Assembly (NCBI GenBank): GCA_030265395.1
Contig: JARFYF010000002.1
Location: forward strand, 58,524,156 to 58,588,155
Source: Rhina ancylostomus
Taxonomy: Eukaryota
Length of the DNA stretch: 64,000 nt
Direction of reading: 5' to 3'
Part shown: positions 9,386 to 22,767 of the stretch, in pieces
Layout: each line of letters begins with the position of its first letter
How positions within the stretch are numbered: the stretch's first letter is position 1
The notes under the pieces: generated by a model
The model's input: only the letters and a program-made list of their open reading frames with translations
What the model was told of the DNA's origin: nothing
The model's database searches: none
Program-made: the position numbers and the translations under genes

Positions 9386-12049
9386 CTTTAGCAGAAGGTA
9401 CTTAAGCAAAACCACTGAAGATCCCTTGCTGCACAGTTAACTGTTTGGACAAAATCCTGATGACATTTTTTGTTTAATTGTACAAAGAATTTCAATGACA
9501 ATGTCCAAACTGGAAAACAAAAGCCATTCACAAACACCAGCAATTTATTTTCCTGATATGTGCAAAATTATACACTTTTAAATGAAAAAGGACTTAATAA
9601 ACAACTTTGATTTGCAGTCTTGATTAACTGTTTGGAAATGACTATAAAAAGCTACAAATGATTTTTCTAACGGTTGGGTGATAACTATGCACAATTACCA
9701 CTCAAATACCTCTGCTGACTAAAGTCAGGTAATTATATCCAGAGATCTTAAACAATTGGTGATATGTACATGGCTGTGACAACTTTACTGTTGAAACATG
9801 GTGCAAGGTCTTGCTGAAAAAAAACGGCATGCAAATGATACTCACTGTTGCAAATTAGACAGCACTGTGTTGTAAAGACATCCATGAATTAGAAATTGCT
9901 GCAAGTAGCTGTCTGATTTGCAATGCAGTTCCGTTAACTTTGTGGAAGAGGCATCTTGTGCTTATTTTCTTAGCAGTTTTCATGGTTATTGCGTCTATAT
10001 AATTAATTACACATTAAACCTCAAAAATAAAGTCTAGTAATTCATAATTACATTTTAACAAAGTGCTGATTACTGATACTAAATTATAAGCATAAAAACT
10101 TTTTAAGCTTAAACATGCATCGACTAGAGTAAATAACAGGACATGCCACAAAGGACTTAGCACCAGTTAGATCTGGCTCATTGTTAGTGTTTTCTGCAGG
10201 CTGCCCTAAAAGGTACAACATTCGCAAGGCTTCTTGTACAAATCTTAAATGGTTTAGAGAAACATAATCAAATAAATGACCTAGCTCATAATTTCATTTA
10301 ACTTGGAGAATCTTAATTATTAGATTTATATAATTAAAAGTTGCCAGGTCTGTAAAAATTGCATATTTCAGAGATTCATAAACATACAGGCTAAAAATGC
10401 ATAATACCCAATTGATCAAAATAAAAGCATAAACAAACTAAGAACCTTGCTACTTAAAGTAAATATCTAGCAGACAACTAGGCAAGCAAATTCTTTAATT
10501 AATTTCTAATCCACAGCCATCTCTGAACTTGTCCTATCAAATCGGTCAATTATTTCTCATGATTTGCAGCAAGTAGTTTTGTTTTCTCACACTGGTTGAT
10601 GGAATTATCAAGATTTAAAAGAAAACATGATTCTGAAAAAGTCATCATAAAATGCCAATTCTAAGTTTCATGTCATACCAACCTTTCCTTTTATTGGAAA
10701 GCTTAAAGATTGGGCCCTGGGTAACTAAAGGTTACAAGCTGTAATGTATGACAGAGAGAGAAATCATTCTCCTGCAGAGTTACAATTTTCAGTGTGTATT
10801 ATGAAAGTCATTGTCAAAGGATAAATGGATAATACATCTTTAGATAGCAACAATGTTTGGAAATCTCTGACACAGACAAAATACTTTCAGCATTTTTTCT
10901 AATATAAGGCATTGAAAAAATTCTGAACTAACAAGGTTAATATTTGTGCATCATTGGTAGGGACGAATACTTGACCCAGGAATAGAGAAATACAAATGAT
11001 GCACTAAGAGACACCAAGGAAATGATCTTAATACTTTATTGTATTATACTGTGGTATAACGGACAGATCACCCTGCCCACTGATGATTCCTTTTCTATTT
11101 TTGCTCAATTGAAATCAATGGAATAGATGCCACTTACATGAAGAGTGAACAAACCACTCCACTGGAACTAACCAAGGCTAACATTGAAATGGATGCAATC
11201 AATGAGACCTGGTTCAGGGTGAATAACCACCTGTTGTGGCCAGTAGAAACATGATGGGAAAGTCTGCCTGGTGCAACAAGCAAAGCGTAAACATGTCAGT
11301 ACAAAAATCAACTGCACACAGTTAAGTGGGTAAGGTGATGGAGATTGTAGGTGGTGAAACTGTAGGCTAAAAATTCTATTGCTGAGAGAAGTTGTCTTCG
11401 AAATGGAAAAAAATAAGTATGTGTGTGGTGAGCAATGGAAATTTTGTGTCTGTAATGTTCTTGTGTGCAGAGGACATTAGTTGTGCAACAGTGACATGAA
11501 TTAATATGCAAAGCATGCCTAATGTTACTTTACAACATTGTAGAAAGCATGCAGAAACTTTCTGGGCCCCATGTATAGGAGTAGGCCTTTTCCAGAGTGT
11601 GAAGGTCAACTGCAGGGTGAATTAAAGAGTCTGCCTTTAGCTGCGAGTCTGCCTTTAGTCTGCCAGTGAAATCCTAACTGGTGATCCTGACAACTTCAAA
11701 GTGTGGCTAAGACCGCCTTCTTTCTGTTGGCTGCGTAACACGTTGGGTTCAGCACTAAAGCTTTCTAGCAGTTGTGAAGTATAAATGTTCCTTTAGGCCC
11801 CTGGAAATATCTCATCTGGACACTCCCTCCCCCACTCTCCCTATTTCCAATTGTCTACTTCCCCTGCTCTACTACCACTACCCGTGGGTTGCCAACTGAC
11901 CACTTGGTTCTGTATTGAGTTCACTAGGTTCCACGGACTTGCTGAATAATAAGCTGCCTGCAAGTTTGCCCTCAAATACTGAACCTCTGACAAGGACTTC
12001 AGCCAAATGGCTCACAGCATATTCCACTGCCTAGAATGAAATTCAACTT

Positions 12050-12205
12050 CCTTTAGACTTGAGACTCTCAAGCAGATTGTGGTCATAGTCAGAACAAAGG
12101 AGTTTGATAGAACTGAAGAAAGTGCGGGGAAATCGATTTAATTGGATAGCTCTTTTAAAAAAAAGTACAAACATGATGGGCCAAATGGGTTGCATAATTC
12201 CAATT
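12050..12205 (+). mobile_element. CR1 3' end fragment
   Basis: gatagctctttt...acaaacatgatgggccaaatgg is a CR1-type tail. Confidence 0.5.
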
Positions 12206-15200
12206 TGTTGATTTAATGTAGTTTTAGTTGAATGTGCCAATCGTGCTATGTCTCTAAATGATCAAATAGGAATAAATCAGCCCTGTTGAGTCTAGTAATG
12301 GAGCTCTTTTATTCTCCTGGGTGAAACAACAGGCAATCTAAACCCACAAGACCTTCTGACCAACGATCTGACAATGTGACCTAATCACTTAGATGTGGTA
12401 AATTGAACAGCGTCAGAAAAACATTTAAGGATATAGCATTTAAGCTGTGGGAAATATTAATTCTATAGGGACTGGCCCTTAAATCTCCGAGTGAACTTGT
12501 GTAATTGGTCAAAAACGGTTTGACATGCCTTTCACTAATGGCCAGGAAACTTAGAGAAAAAAATAGAGAATATGTTCTCTTCCTTTCCCTGCAGTTAGTG
12601 CCGTACATTCAAAGTAGATCTCCATCACTGTGACAGCTGCTTGCTGAAGATAATTTAGTCCTTCTATCTGAGACATTATTAAGACCAGCTGCAAGATGAT
12701 TGAATTAACATCTTTGATGAGGAATGAGGAGCTGATGTTAAAATAGTTCATGGAGTGCTGTAAATAACACTCTGGCTAAAACAATATCCACTCCAAATTA
12801 ATAACACAGTGCAGATAGAGTTACCAGTATTAATGGGAAAATCTGTTAAAAATGTAAATTACAACACAAATTTAACGTGTGCCAAAAAACAGAATGGAAA
12901 GTCAAATTATGCCAATGGAGTATACATTTCTGCCAAAGTGCTAAGGGGAAACTTGGGGATGATGGTTTGAAGTAGCTCTTCAATGCATTATTTATTTTAA
13001 TTTAAAACAGCATTTTATGGTAAACTTTTTCTTCCATGGCGTAGATTATAATGCAAACCCCGGATCAGTACACGTGAGCTTCGTGCACCACATTATGGAT
13101 GAGGCTGAGAGGCAGACTTCAGTGCATTGTAACAGCAAAGAAGCTTGCTTCAGGAAATCATTATGACCTTCTACATATATAAAAACAACATTGAATTCAA
13201 TTCTATGGCTTCTTACAATTTTTAACATCTATTAGGTTAATCTGTAAATCCTGAATGGAACTTTAGTAAACTTCATCCTGGTCTTGATGAGATATTGCCT
13301 GTGGTTTGGAGATACTTTAGTGAAATATTGAAAATGAATGGAAAAACAAGCAAAACCTAAATAACTAGATTTCCATTCCATCATGCTTTTCAGACATCAT
13401 CCCTTAAAGCAGTAGTTCTAAACTACTGTTTGTGTACCGCATGCAGGACAATCAGCATGTTGTTGTGACATCCATTTGAAAATTTTTTCAAGTGGATAAA
13501 GGGGAAAGTGTAACATATCAACTGTGGCCCACTTTGGCAACTTTGTGGAGGAGTACTGCCTATTTATTTTGGGAAATTCGATTGCAGAAAATTGACTTTT
13601 AAAAAAAAATGCTCTGCAATTGAAAATTGTCAGAGTGAAACATGAAAATAAGCATTTTCAGGTCATTTTGGGTTACTCCTGAAAATGGGGCTACATTTCC
13701 AGGTTTGAGCCACTCTTGCAAACCCAGACAGATTGCAGGGGAAACTGAACCAAGTCTCCCAGGAGTAATGAGTATTGGGCACCCCCAGGACCTCCCAGTG
13801 CAACATGAGATCAGTATTAAATTAAATCACTCAGCCTCCCCATCCCTAACATACTACACTGGCTTCCCATCACATTGCACTCTCCAGGCCCCAACCTTCA
13901 GATTCTGTAGACCTCCAACAGCATGAACGTCAAGTTTTCCAATTCCCTAAATTCTTGTAAAGTCTGATCATATGATTCTTCAGTTCCATGTTTCCCTACA
14001 ATTCTTCAGCATCACCTGATGACCCCTTGATCCTCTGGGAGCCATGATGGAGCCCTCTGCCTTCTATTGATCTCATCACCATGCCAACCCCACCCCCCGC
14101 CAACCTAAATACCCCAAATTCTTGGCCAATCATTGCTGATTCCGGGACACCCTCACTAATTCTTAGCTGCATCCTCTCTGCCCCTTCCACCATCTACTCA
14201 GGGAATATCCAGTTCCTTCCTCCAGCTCCATTCTCAAGGCACAGGTCCACTGCACACCATCAGAGGTGGCAGCACAGATCTGATCTCCCTTTGTTCGCAC
14301 ACCCACCTCCTAAATTACAACTTCCATACTCAAAGCTACAGCACAAGCCTTGAGCAGGCTTGAAATGAGCAAATGCAGTTGGCAGTGGATGTCCATGATC
14401 AAACAGTCACTGATGCCCACTGTAATGCCCAAATCACAATCCTTTCTTCATTCACTACCATATCACTTCACTTTAGTCAATTTACATGGGCGTTTTCAAC
14501 AGGCAGAAAAAAGTCATACTGCAAGGAAACATTGGTTAACATTGAAAAGAACTGATGTTCCTAACTTGGTCTGTCCTTTTGTCTTCAGGTTTGGGATGGA
14601 GTTAGAAATTTAACTTGTGACTGTTAAATTCTGTGCATTGCTTTGTAGGTGATGTGGTTTTCAGTCTGTGGCTGAGGAGTCTTGCTGGCCCTACACATCC
14701 TGTTCGGCGGCCTGCTCTCAACAGCACAGCAAGGAGGCCCTGCACCTGGTAGACTCTGGTAGCCAGCAAAACTGAACCAAAGGCAAAGCTTTGTTGGCTG
14801 GATGATATGCAATTGATTCTTAATAGTTTTTAAATGTTGCTGACATTCAGAGAAATTCAGAAACTATTCAAACCAAAGTACATAATTAAAAACATTGAAA
14901 AACTAGCAAAAATAGATTTTAGAACAATTATGAACATGTTAGAATATTAAAATAAGGCAAATACATTTTTTTTTGAAAAAGTAACTTGTCTCCTAATCCT
15001 TTGTCCTATGATCCACAGTGAAATCAATGGGATCTTGTTTCCTCTGCCAGATCTGAATGGGACTAACTGCAGTTTCACCAGCTGAACACTGGTGGTTCCA
15101 ATCTTTCTCCCTCTGCTTCACAGGGAATAAGGCAAATACATCCAAACAACAGCCAGTCGCCAACTGCAGCCCAGCCTTGCCAACACAGTCAATTCCACCC

Positions 15201-15369
15201 CACAGGGCCCAATATTTCTTAATTTACATTATTTGAATGTTTTAGACTTAGTCATTTTTCAAAGAGCTGTTCTTAGCTTATTTTTTTCATTGATGAATAA
15301 AATCTCAACCAGAACAGCAAGATCTGTTGTTGACAGTAACCTATGCAAAATGATGGGGATATGATCTTA

Positions 15370-16330
15370 AAATTCCTCCCCTTCAGAAGCAAGGCTACCC
15401 CAGCTTCGGTCATCAAGCTGCAGTATTCAGATGATGCTTGTACACATGTAAACTTAAAGGTTGAACTCCTGGTCATTACTGACTTGTTCACTGAAGCATA
15501 GGAGAAAGTGGGACTTACACTATGCATCCACAAAGCAATAGTTCTCTGTCAATCTTCCCCTGCTGCACACCACCACCCTCAATAATAAATGTCCACTCTG
15601 AGACCCAGGAAAATATCGATCATTTTCCATATCTTGTCTGTCAGAGAAAGCAGGCAAGGATGATGAAATTTACCATTACTTTCAGTGCATTAGAAAAGCC
15701 TTTGGCCACCTAAGGGAAGCAAAATGTTTGGAATTCAAGGCCTCATACTCAGCACAAAATTTATGGTCTACTGAGCAGCCATGGACTACATACAACAGAC
15801 CTTTAAAGCTCTGGAAAGGTATCACCAATGCTGCCACCACAAAATCCTTCAGTCCACTGACAGGATAAGTGAACTAATGCCAATGTTTTCTTCCAGGCGA
15901 ACAGCCCCAATACTGAGGCTCTAATTACACTCAGCCAGCCTTGACGGGAAGGCTACACTGTTCACATCACATTCATCAGACTCCCAAGCTATGTCATGAC
16001 AAGAGGTAACAAGGGGACATTTCAGGGATTTTTTCAAATTTTTCTTGGAAAAGTGTAATATCCCCAATGACTTATGGAAAGCCCTGGCCCATGGCTTTCA
16101 AAACGTAGGTGTTATTCAGAAAGGCACGAAGAACATGCAGAAGCTCAACATAAAAGGTGGAAGGAATCCATCACCTCCCAGAGCACTCACATGCCCCCTT
16201 AGACACTTACTGTCCCACCTGAGGCAGAATCCAGGGAATCGAGGCCCATGTGGCTAGCTCAGAACCTGAGCTTGCTCAGATCCTCACAGACTGGGGTGGA
16301 AGAAAATCAACATTGATCCCGTGGGAGTAT
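15370..16330 (+). mobile_element. RTE-clade LINE RT and C-terminal remnant
   Basis: SVIKLQYSDDAC (YADD-like, 15418-15441), DLFTEA*EKVGLTL, ENIDHFPYL, DDEIYH.FQC..KAFG.LRE, WTTYNR and ALERYHQCC..KIL, in the order expected for RTE ORF2. Confidence 0.85.
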
Positions 16331-16513
16331 GTAAGAAGAGGAGAAGAGTAGTTGGGACAGTAGCGATGCTTTTACCTTGTTCACTGACATTGATTTCAAA
16401 GACAATTGGGAAGNNNNNNNNNNNNNNNNNNNNNNNNNNNNNNNNNNNNNNNNNNNNNNNNNNNNNNNNNNNNNNNNNNNNNNNNNNNNNNNNNNNNNNN
16501 NNNNNNNNNNNNN

Positions 16514-16600
16514 ATATACAGGTAGGTTAATTTGGGGTTTAAAAATGGGCGGCGCAGACTCATTGGGCTGGAAGGGCTTGCTACCATGCTGTAAATAAAA
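16514..16600 (+). mobile_element. CR1 3' UTR tail next to a gap
   Basis: gggcggcgcagactcattgggctggaagggcttgctaccatgctgtaaataaaa. Confidence 0.7.
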
Positions 16601-17629
16601 TTTAAATTTATAACTAAAATCTCCTTATGAAACTCAGAGTCGAGCTTCATTTGATAATACTGCTGCAAAATGACTTGGAATATTTTATTATATTAGTGAC
16701 ATAATAATAAATTGCAGTTGTGAATCACCACCTGTTCAAGTATGATTTGATAACGGGGAGTTAAGCTCCCTGGGAAATGTTACAGCAGTACAGTTTCAAC
16801 AGGAGCTACAGCTACTCTCTGAGAAGTGAGAAATAAGCCTGTTAGCATCCTGCTCTTAACTGAGGAAAAGAAAGTGGCTCCAAAAAAGTTGGTGAAGTAG
16901 CTCCCCAGGCCTTTAGCAAGTTAAAATGCTGACTCCTTGTGAACTTCCAATGCCAGCTCTTTAAAATGTTTATGGCCATCTTGGAGCATCACCCCTTAAA
17001 GAGAACTGTTGTTGTGTTGCAAAGGGTTGAATAGAAACATACAGCTGCTGCTTGGCCTAAATACTTAGAGAATCTCAGAGGGATGGTTGTGCAGTGGGAA
17101 GTTGAGGGGAATCTTATTTTGACCAACAATACAAAGTTACTTNNNNNNNNNNNNNNNNNNNNTTGTTAGTAGAAGAAAGCCAAGCTAATAGCAGAACCTT
17201 CTGGGAAGGGTAGAAGTCAGTAAAACCGTTGGATCAACAGTAGAGAATGGGTTCAAGACCTTTTCCCTTTACCCTCTTCCAACTGAAATATTTAGTTGGG
17301 ACCTACAGGTGCAATTGTCTCAGAGGAGGGAGAAATAACTTCAACTATTGTGATGACCCAAGGCCAAATATATTAAAGAGACAGGAAATGAGAAGGAGGG
17401 ACACATTGGCAGCAAATGCCACATATAGTTAAGTGGATAGACAACTTAAAAGCCTGCGTCGCCTCACCCTTACCTAATGCTCACTGTACCATTAGGTTCC
17501 AGTTCACTGCTCCTCTCGGAGCGTTCACATATTACAACAGAAGCTAGCTGCGCCCCTTCATGCACCCAATTTTCCATAAAACCTTGCATGCTTGTTTTCC
17601 CATCCAAATCCCAAGTTACCTGAGATACA

Positions 17630-20130
17630 TTGTATAGTGAAAGTTATTCACTGGGGGAATCTCAGAGCATTAGGAAGACGAACAAGGGTGCACAATGTAA
17701 TCTGATTGGAGTCTTCAATGTCCATCACCAAGCTTTTCTTGGTAGCACCAAGTTGACTAAGTCCTGAGGGCATAGCTGCTAGACTGGATCTGTGGCAGGT
17801 TGTAAGTGAACCAATGTGAAGGTATCTACATGAGGGAAAAACCTACTTGACTTTGTTCTCACCAATCTGTGACAGTTGCATCTGTCCATGACAGCATTGG
17901 CAGAAGTGATCCATTGTGAGGAAGATTCTCACCTTCACACTAAGGACTATGGTTGTGGCAACTCAAAACCAGACATCCATGAGGCACTGTGGACCCACAG
18001 CTATAGTGGAAATATATACCATCACAATCTGTAAACTCTCAGCCTGGTATTTCTTTCACTTTGCCAAACCATCATGCGAGGGAATCAACTCTGTTTCAAT
18101 GAGGAGTGCAGAAGGGAATATGGAGAGCAGCACTGGCCTAGCGAGACCACAATACAGGAATAAATGTGTCCTAAATTTCAAAAATTGCATGCATTAAATG
18201 AAGCTAAGTGATCTTATCACTGATGGATCGTGCTGTAACTCTGCAGTCCTACCACATCTGGTGGTGAATCATGGTAGACAATTAAACATCTAAAGGCAGA
18301 AGTTTCCAAGAACATTCCCATCATCAGTGATGACAGGGCCCAGCTGGTGAGTGCTGAAGAATAGACTGAAGCATTTGCAAAGATGTTCAGCTAAATAGAT
18401 GACCCATTTTGGCTTCCTTCTGAGATCACTACCATTGCAGAAGCCAGTCTCTCACCAATTTGTTTCATGTGTCAAGAAACTTCTCAGGGCAATGGATGCA
18501 GCAAAGACTACACTTTCAGACAACATCCTGGTGGTAGTACTGAAGACCTGCTCTCTGGAACCAATTGTGTTTCTAGCTAAACTGTTCTAGTACAATTACA
18601 CCACCGGTATCGATTCATCAATTAGAAAATTGTCAAAATACATCCTTCTCACAAAAAGTAGGACATAGCCAATCACCAGTCTACTTTTAATTATTAGCAA
18701 AATGTTGGAAACCTGTCATCAACTATGCTATAAAACAGCACTTAAGTATAACCCACTTACCAATGTTCAGTTTGGGTTTTACAGGACTACCTGCTCCAGA
18801 CCTCATCACAGCCTTTGTCCAATCAGGGACCAAAGAGCTGAATCCTAGAGTTAAAGTGAGAATGACTGCATTTACCATCAAATGACCAATTATAGCATCA
18901 AGGCACTCAGTAAAACTGGTTAATGGATTTCGAAGGGAAAACACTACATTGAAAGATGGTTCTGGTTTTTGGAAATTAATTATCCCAGCTCCAGGACATC
19001 ATCACTAAAGTTCCTCAATGGCATATCCTATGTCCAACCATCTTCGGCTGCTTCATCATTGATTTTCCTTCCATCATAAGGTCAGAAGTGGGAACGTTTG
19101 CTGATGATTGTACAATGTTCAATTCCATTTGCGACTTCTCAGCAAACGAAGCAATGCAACGAGACCCAGACAACATTCAGGAAGAGGCTGATAAGTACCA
19201 TTGTTGTGTCACCACTGTCTAGAAACTCAATTGGCACAGCTCTGTGACCCAGGTTCAATACTGATCTTTGGTGGTGTCTGTATGACATTTACACATTCTT
19301 CCTGTGACTGTATGGGTTCCCTCAAATGCTCTTGGTTCCTCCCACATCCTGAACACATGTTAGATGGATAATTAGTTACTAGAAATGGGCTTTACTGTGT
19401 AGGTGAGTGGGAAAATCTGTGGGGAATTGATGGGAATATGGTGACCATAGGTTATAGAAAAAATTAATGGGGTATGAGATTACTCTGTGAGCCAGCTTGG
19501 GCTTGATGGAAGGAAATAACCTTCTATATCATAAGGGATTATGGAACTATGTCAGAAGCTGAGTGTCCTGTGGTGAGTGATTCTTGAAATTCATGCGTCT
19601 CTCTGCCATCTACAGAGCACAAGCCAGGAGCATGAAAGAATACACTCTGCTTGCCCGAAATAGTGCAGAATCAACAACTCACAAGAAGCTTGACTCAAAA
19701 CAGCACAGTTCATTAACACCCCATCAATCATCCTAAATATTCTTCCTCCTCCACCAGCAGACAGTGTGGACCATCTACAAAATACACTGTAGTTCCTTGC
19801 CTTGGCTATCCTGATAGCATCTCACAAACCCAAACCTCTACCATCAATGAGGATAATTTTAAGTGCTGGCAATGATTTTGTGTCATTCTCCTACCAGGAG
19901 GACATAGATCTTTCAAGAGAAGTTTCTTTACCTTTATTTTAAAAAACATTTCTGTTCTAATTAGTTGCATTCCATTACGAAATCTATTGTTTTTCAAGAT
20001 TTATTTACAGTTCTTCACTTCAGATGATACAGGCAAATTATCTTGCCAGCTCCCAGAGGACTGGACACAGAATGACAGAGGCAGAGATAGGCCATCCAAA
20101 TGGGAATAACTGCAAGGTGCCCACCTACTA
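17630..20130 (+). mobile_element. CR1/L2-group LINE with APE endonuclease and RT remnants, decayed
   Basis: GVFNVHH (GDFN-like, 17708), NLLDFVLTNL and SD motifs of the endonuclease; VPQ..PTIFGCFIIDFPSIIRSEVGTFADDCTMF (FADD at 19097) of the RT. It resumes after a SINE at about 19550. Confidence 0.85.
19235..19548 (+). mobile_element. HE1/V-SINE-type SINE, 5'-truncated, nested in the LINE
   Basis: gacccaggttcaatactga (B box), ttcttcctgtgactgtatgggtt...ggttcctcccacatcc (V-domain), CR1-like tail. Confidence 0.8.
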
Positions 20131-21199
20131 TTAATTTAGGATGCAGTTGCCTTGGGGAAGGGCAACCTCTGTCTCAGCTGGCAAGTCTGCATTCACCGCC
20201 ATTCGGCTCTGGATGTATCAACATTGAAATTTGTGAGGGTGGCGAATTATGTGCGCTAGCCTCAATGCATAAATTCAAGTATCTTCCTTAGGAACAACTT
20301 CAATGGGAATTGTAGCAACTTGAAACTTTTAACTGAATACATCTGAATGGAAAGCCACATTCTGCCCACTTTAACAAGTGCAAAGCAGCAAGAAGACACA
20401 ATGGATCTGGGACACCCTATAACCCAATTGAAATTATAACCATTACTCCAGACAGTGCCAATAAAATATTTAAAAAGCTGTGCAAGTTCAGAGCCATCAA
20501 TATTATGGGCTGAAAATGAAATATTGAGGATGCAACTTCATACATTGCAATTTCATTTGAATGAGTGTTACATTAATCAAGGTGTTCAAACAATGGTCCA
20601 GGAGTCACATAAAAGAATGGCAATCAGTCTTAAAGCCTAGAAAACTCTTAGATATTTGGATTTACATTTGTTACTTGTTGGATTTTCCTGTTCAGATTCC
20701 ATGAGGCTGGACTTCTGGAAGGGGCAATGCTTATTACTGCTGCCTCACTGTTGGAGTTGTTCTACATCAGAACATCCATAATATGTAGATATACACATAC
20801 AAAGATTGCTTCAGGCAGGAGAAGCCCTTTGATCCTATTTGCCCAGCTACTCACAGTATTAATATCGGCAACTTCAGATACCTGCACATAAATTGGAACT
20901 TTCATTTGAACTTGGTATATTTTTTATGTATTTTCCTCTGTTTTCAATTTCCTAAATGTACTTTAAAGTTTAAAAGAAATATCATGGATTGAAGGTAATT
21001 GACTATTGAAATCAGATTCCTTGAAGCAAAATGAAATAAAAGCTATGATGTTAAAGCCTGTTCTAACTTTACTTAGTTTGCTCAACTTCAAGAGACTCAC
21101 TGCCTAAGTTCTAAACAAACCATATCTTCAACAATAGTGTATCTGTTTTGCTACTGATTTGTTGACCTTGGTTTCATTAATACCCTTTGGGCCAGATCA

Positions 21200-21545
21200 C
21201 ACAAACAATGAGCTGGTGGTTCCATAGAGAGTCACCAGTCAGCTGGAGAGCATAAATCAGCATGTGCTGGACTTAGGTGCACCATCGAGTCTGGGGGCCT
21301 TCTGAGATGCAACTTACTGAGCCAAGGGATTGGATAATCTTCATAATGGTTCCTTGGGGTTATGCCTGCCATAGCTGGCATGCCCAGTGCAGCCTCATAC
21401 ATTAAGTTCAGCAATGTCTTTTGTTTTGTTCACAAGCTAAGTACGAGGTGGAAAAGAAAGTCAACAGGAGACCACCTACACCCAGTGATGGTGAGCGTGA
21501 AGGGGTGCAGAAGCAGGAAGCATTAGCATCTCAGCTTCCTTTTCT
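21200..21545 (+). mobile_element. PIF/Harbinger transposase C-terminal remnant
   Basis: EHKSACAGLRCTIESGGLLR (cf. YNxAHxxTRxxIExxxGLLK), VFCFVHKLSTR (cf. CCVLHNLA.R) and a charged tail ending QEALASQ, in the expected order but across frames. Confidence 0.5.
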
Positions 21546-21809
21546 ATGTATGACAATGCATTGAGCAGCAAATATTGTTCTGGTGGGGTCTGAGCATACT
21601 CAAGCTACCAAGCCAACACAACTTTGCAATACAATAACAATGAGGGCATGACATGACATCAGGAGAAGATTGTTCAAAATTCCATGGACACCAAGTAGAA
21701 CCATCCATTTAGTCCCGGTCCAAACAAAGCTTGGCACCTTGATGTCATGATACTCAAGCAGGAAGTTACACATTCTGAACACATAAACACATTTTGAAAT
21801 AGTGGAATA

Positions 21810-22460
21810 TCAGAATCAGATTTATTATCACTGACACATAACATGAAATTTGTTGTTTTGTGGCAGCAGTATAAATCTATAAATTACAGAAATATATAAA
21901 TAGTGCAAAGAAAGGAATAATGTTCACGGGTTCATGGATCATTCAGAAATATGATGACAGAGGGGAAGAAGCTGTTCCTGAATCGTTGAGTTTGGGTCTT
22001 CAGGCTCCTGTACCTCCTTCCTGATGGTAGTAATGAGAAGAGGGCATGTCCTGGATGGCAAGAGTCCTTAATGATGGATGCCACCTTCTTGAGGCACTGC
22101 CTCTTGAAGATGGGGAGGGTTGTGCCCATGATGGAGCTGGCTGAGTCTTTAGCCCTCTGCAGCCTCTTGCGATCCTGTGCATTAGAGCCTCCAATTCAGG
22201 CTGTGATGCAACCAGTCAGAATGCTCTCCACCATACATCCATAGAAATTTGCTAGAGCCTTTGGTGACATACTAGATCCCCTAAATCACCTAATGGAGTA
22301 GTGCCATTGGTGTGCCTTCTTCATGACTGCATCAAAGTGTTAGGCCCAGGATAGTTCCTCCGAACTGTTGATGCCCAGAAACTTGAAGCTGCTCACCCTT
22401 TCCACAGCTGAGCCCCTGAATAAGGACTACTGTGTGTTCTGCCAACTTCCTCTTCCTGAA
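21810..22460 (-). mobile_element. Rex-Babar-like LINE 3' end
   Basis: VERVSSFKFLG...VESILTGCITAW...QCLKKVASIIKDSCHPGHALFSLLPSGRRYRSLKTQTQRFRNSFFPSVI, the typical Rex1/Babar ORF end, plus 3' UTR. Confidence 0.9.
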
Positions 22461-22462
22461 TA

Positions 22463-22522
22463 CAGGCTGTCCCTGGATAATGAACAGATTCTGTTTGTAT
22501 AGACATGCTTAGGTCGATTTTT
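22463..22522 (+). mobile_element. Tigger/pogo-like terminal sequence
   Basis: TA followed by CAGGCTGTCCCTGGATAATGAAC..., resembling Tigger TIRs (CAGG..GTCCCCG..TTACGAAC) after CpG decay. No partner TIR identified. Confidence 0.4.
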
Positions 22523-22524
22523 AA

Positions 22525-22630
22525 AGAGGTATATGAGCCAAACATGGGCAAATGGGACTATCTTAGGTGATCATCTTGGTCGGCATGGATGAGTTGGGCC
22601 GAAAGGCCTGTTTTGGTGCTGTGTTACTCA
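22525..22630 (+). mobile_element. CR1 3' UTR tail
   Basis: ggcaaatgggacta...ttggtcggcatggatgagttgggccgaaaggcctgtttt. Confidence 0.8.
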
Positions 22631-22767
22631 ATGCAAATATTTATTTATATATTTAATTAATTAACAGTACCTTGATGTATTGTTAAATAAGTTTATTATT
22701 CAACTTTTAATCACAAGACAGCCACAGAATTGCGTCCTCTCAGTTATTCAGAGCTGCACAGCAGCAG

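Noticed and set aside
13045-13079. Peptide IIMQTPDQYT resembling a tyrosine-phosphatase Q-loop
   Set aside because: It is followed immediately by a stop and there are no other PTP motifs or exons in the window.
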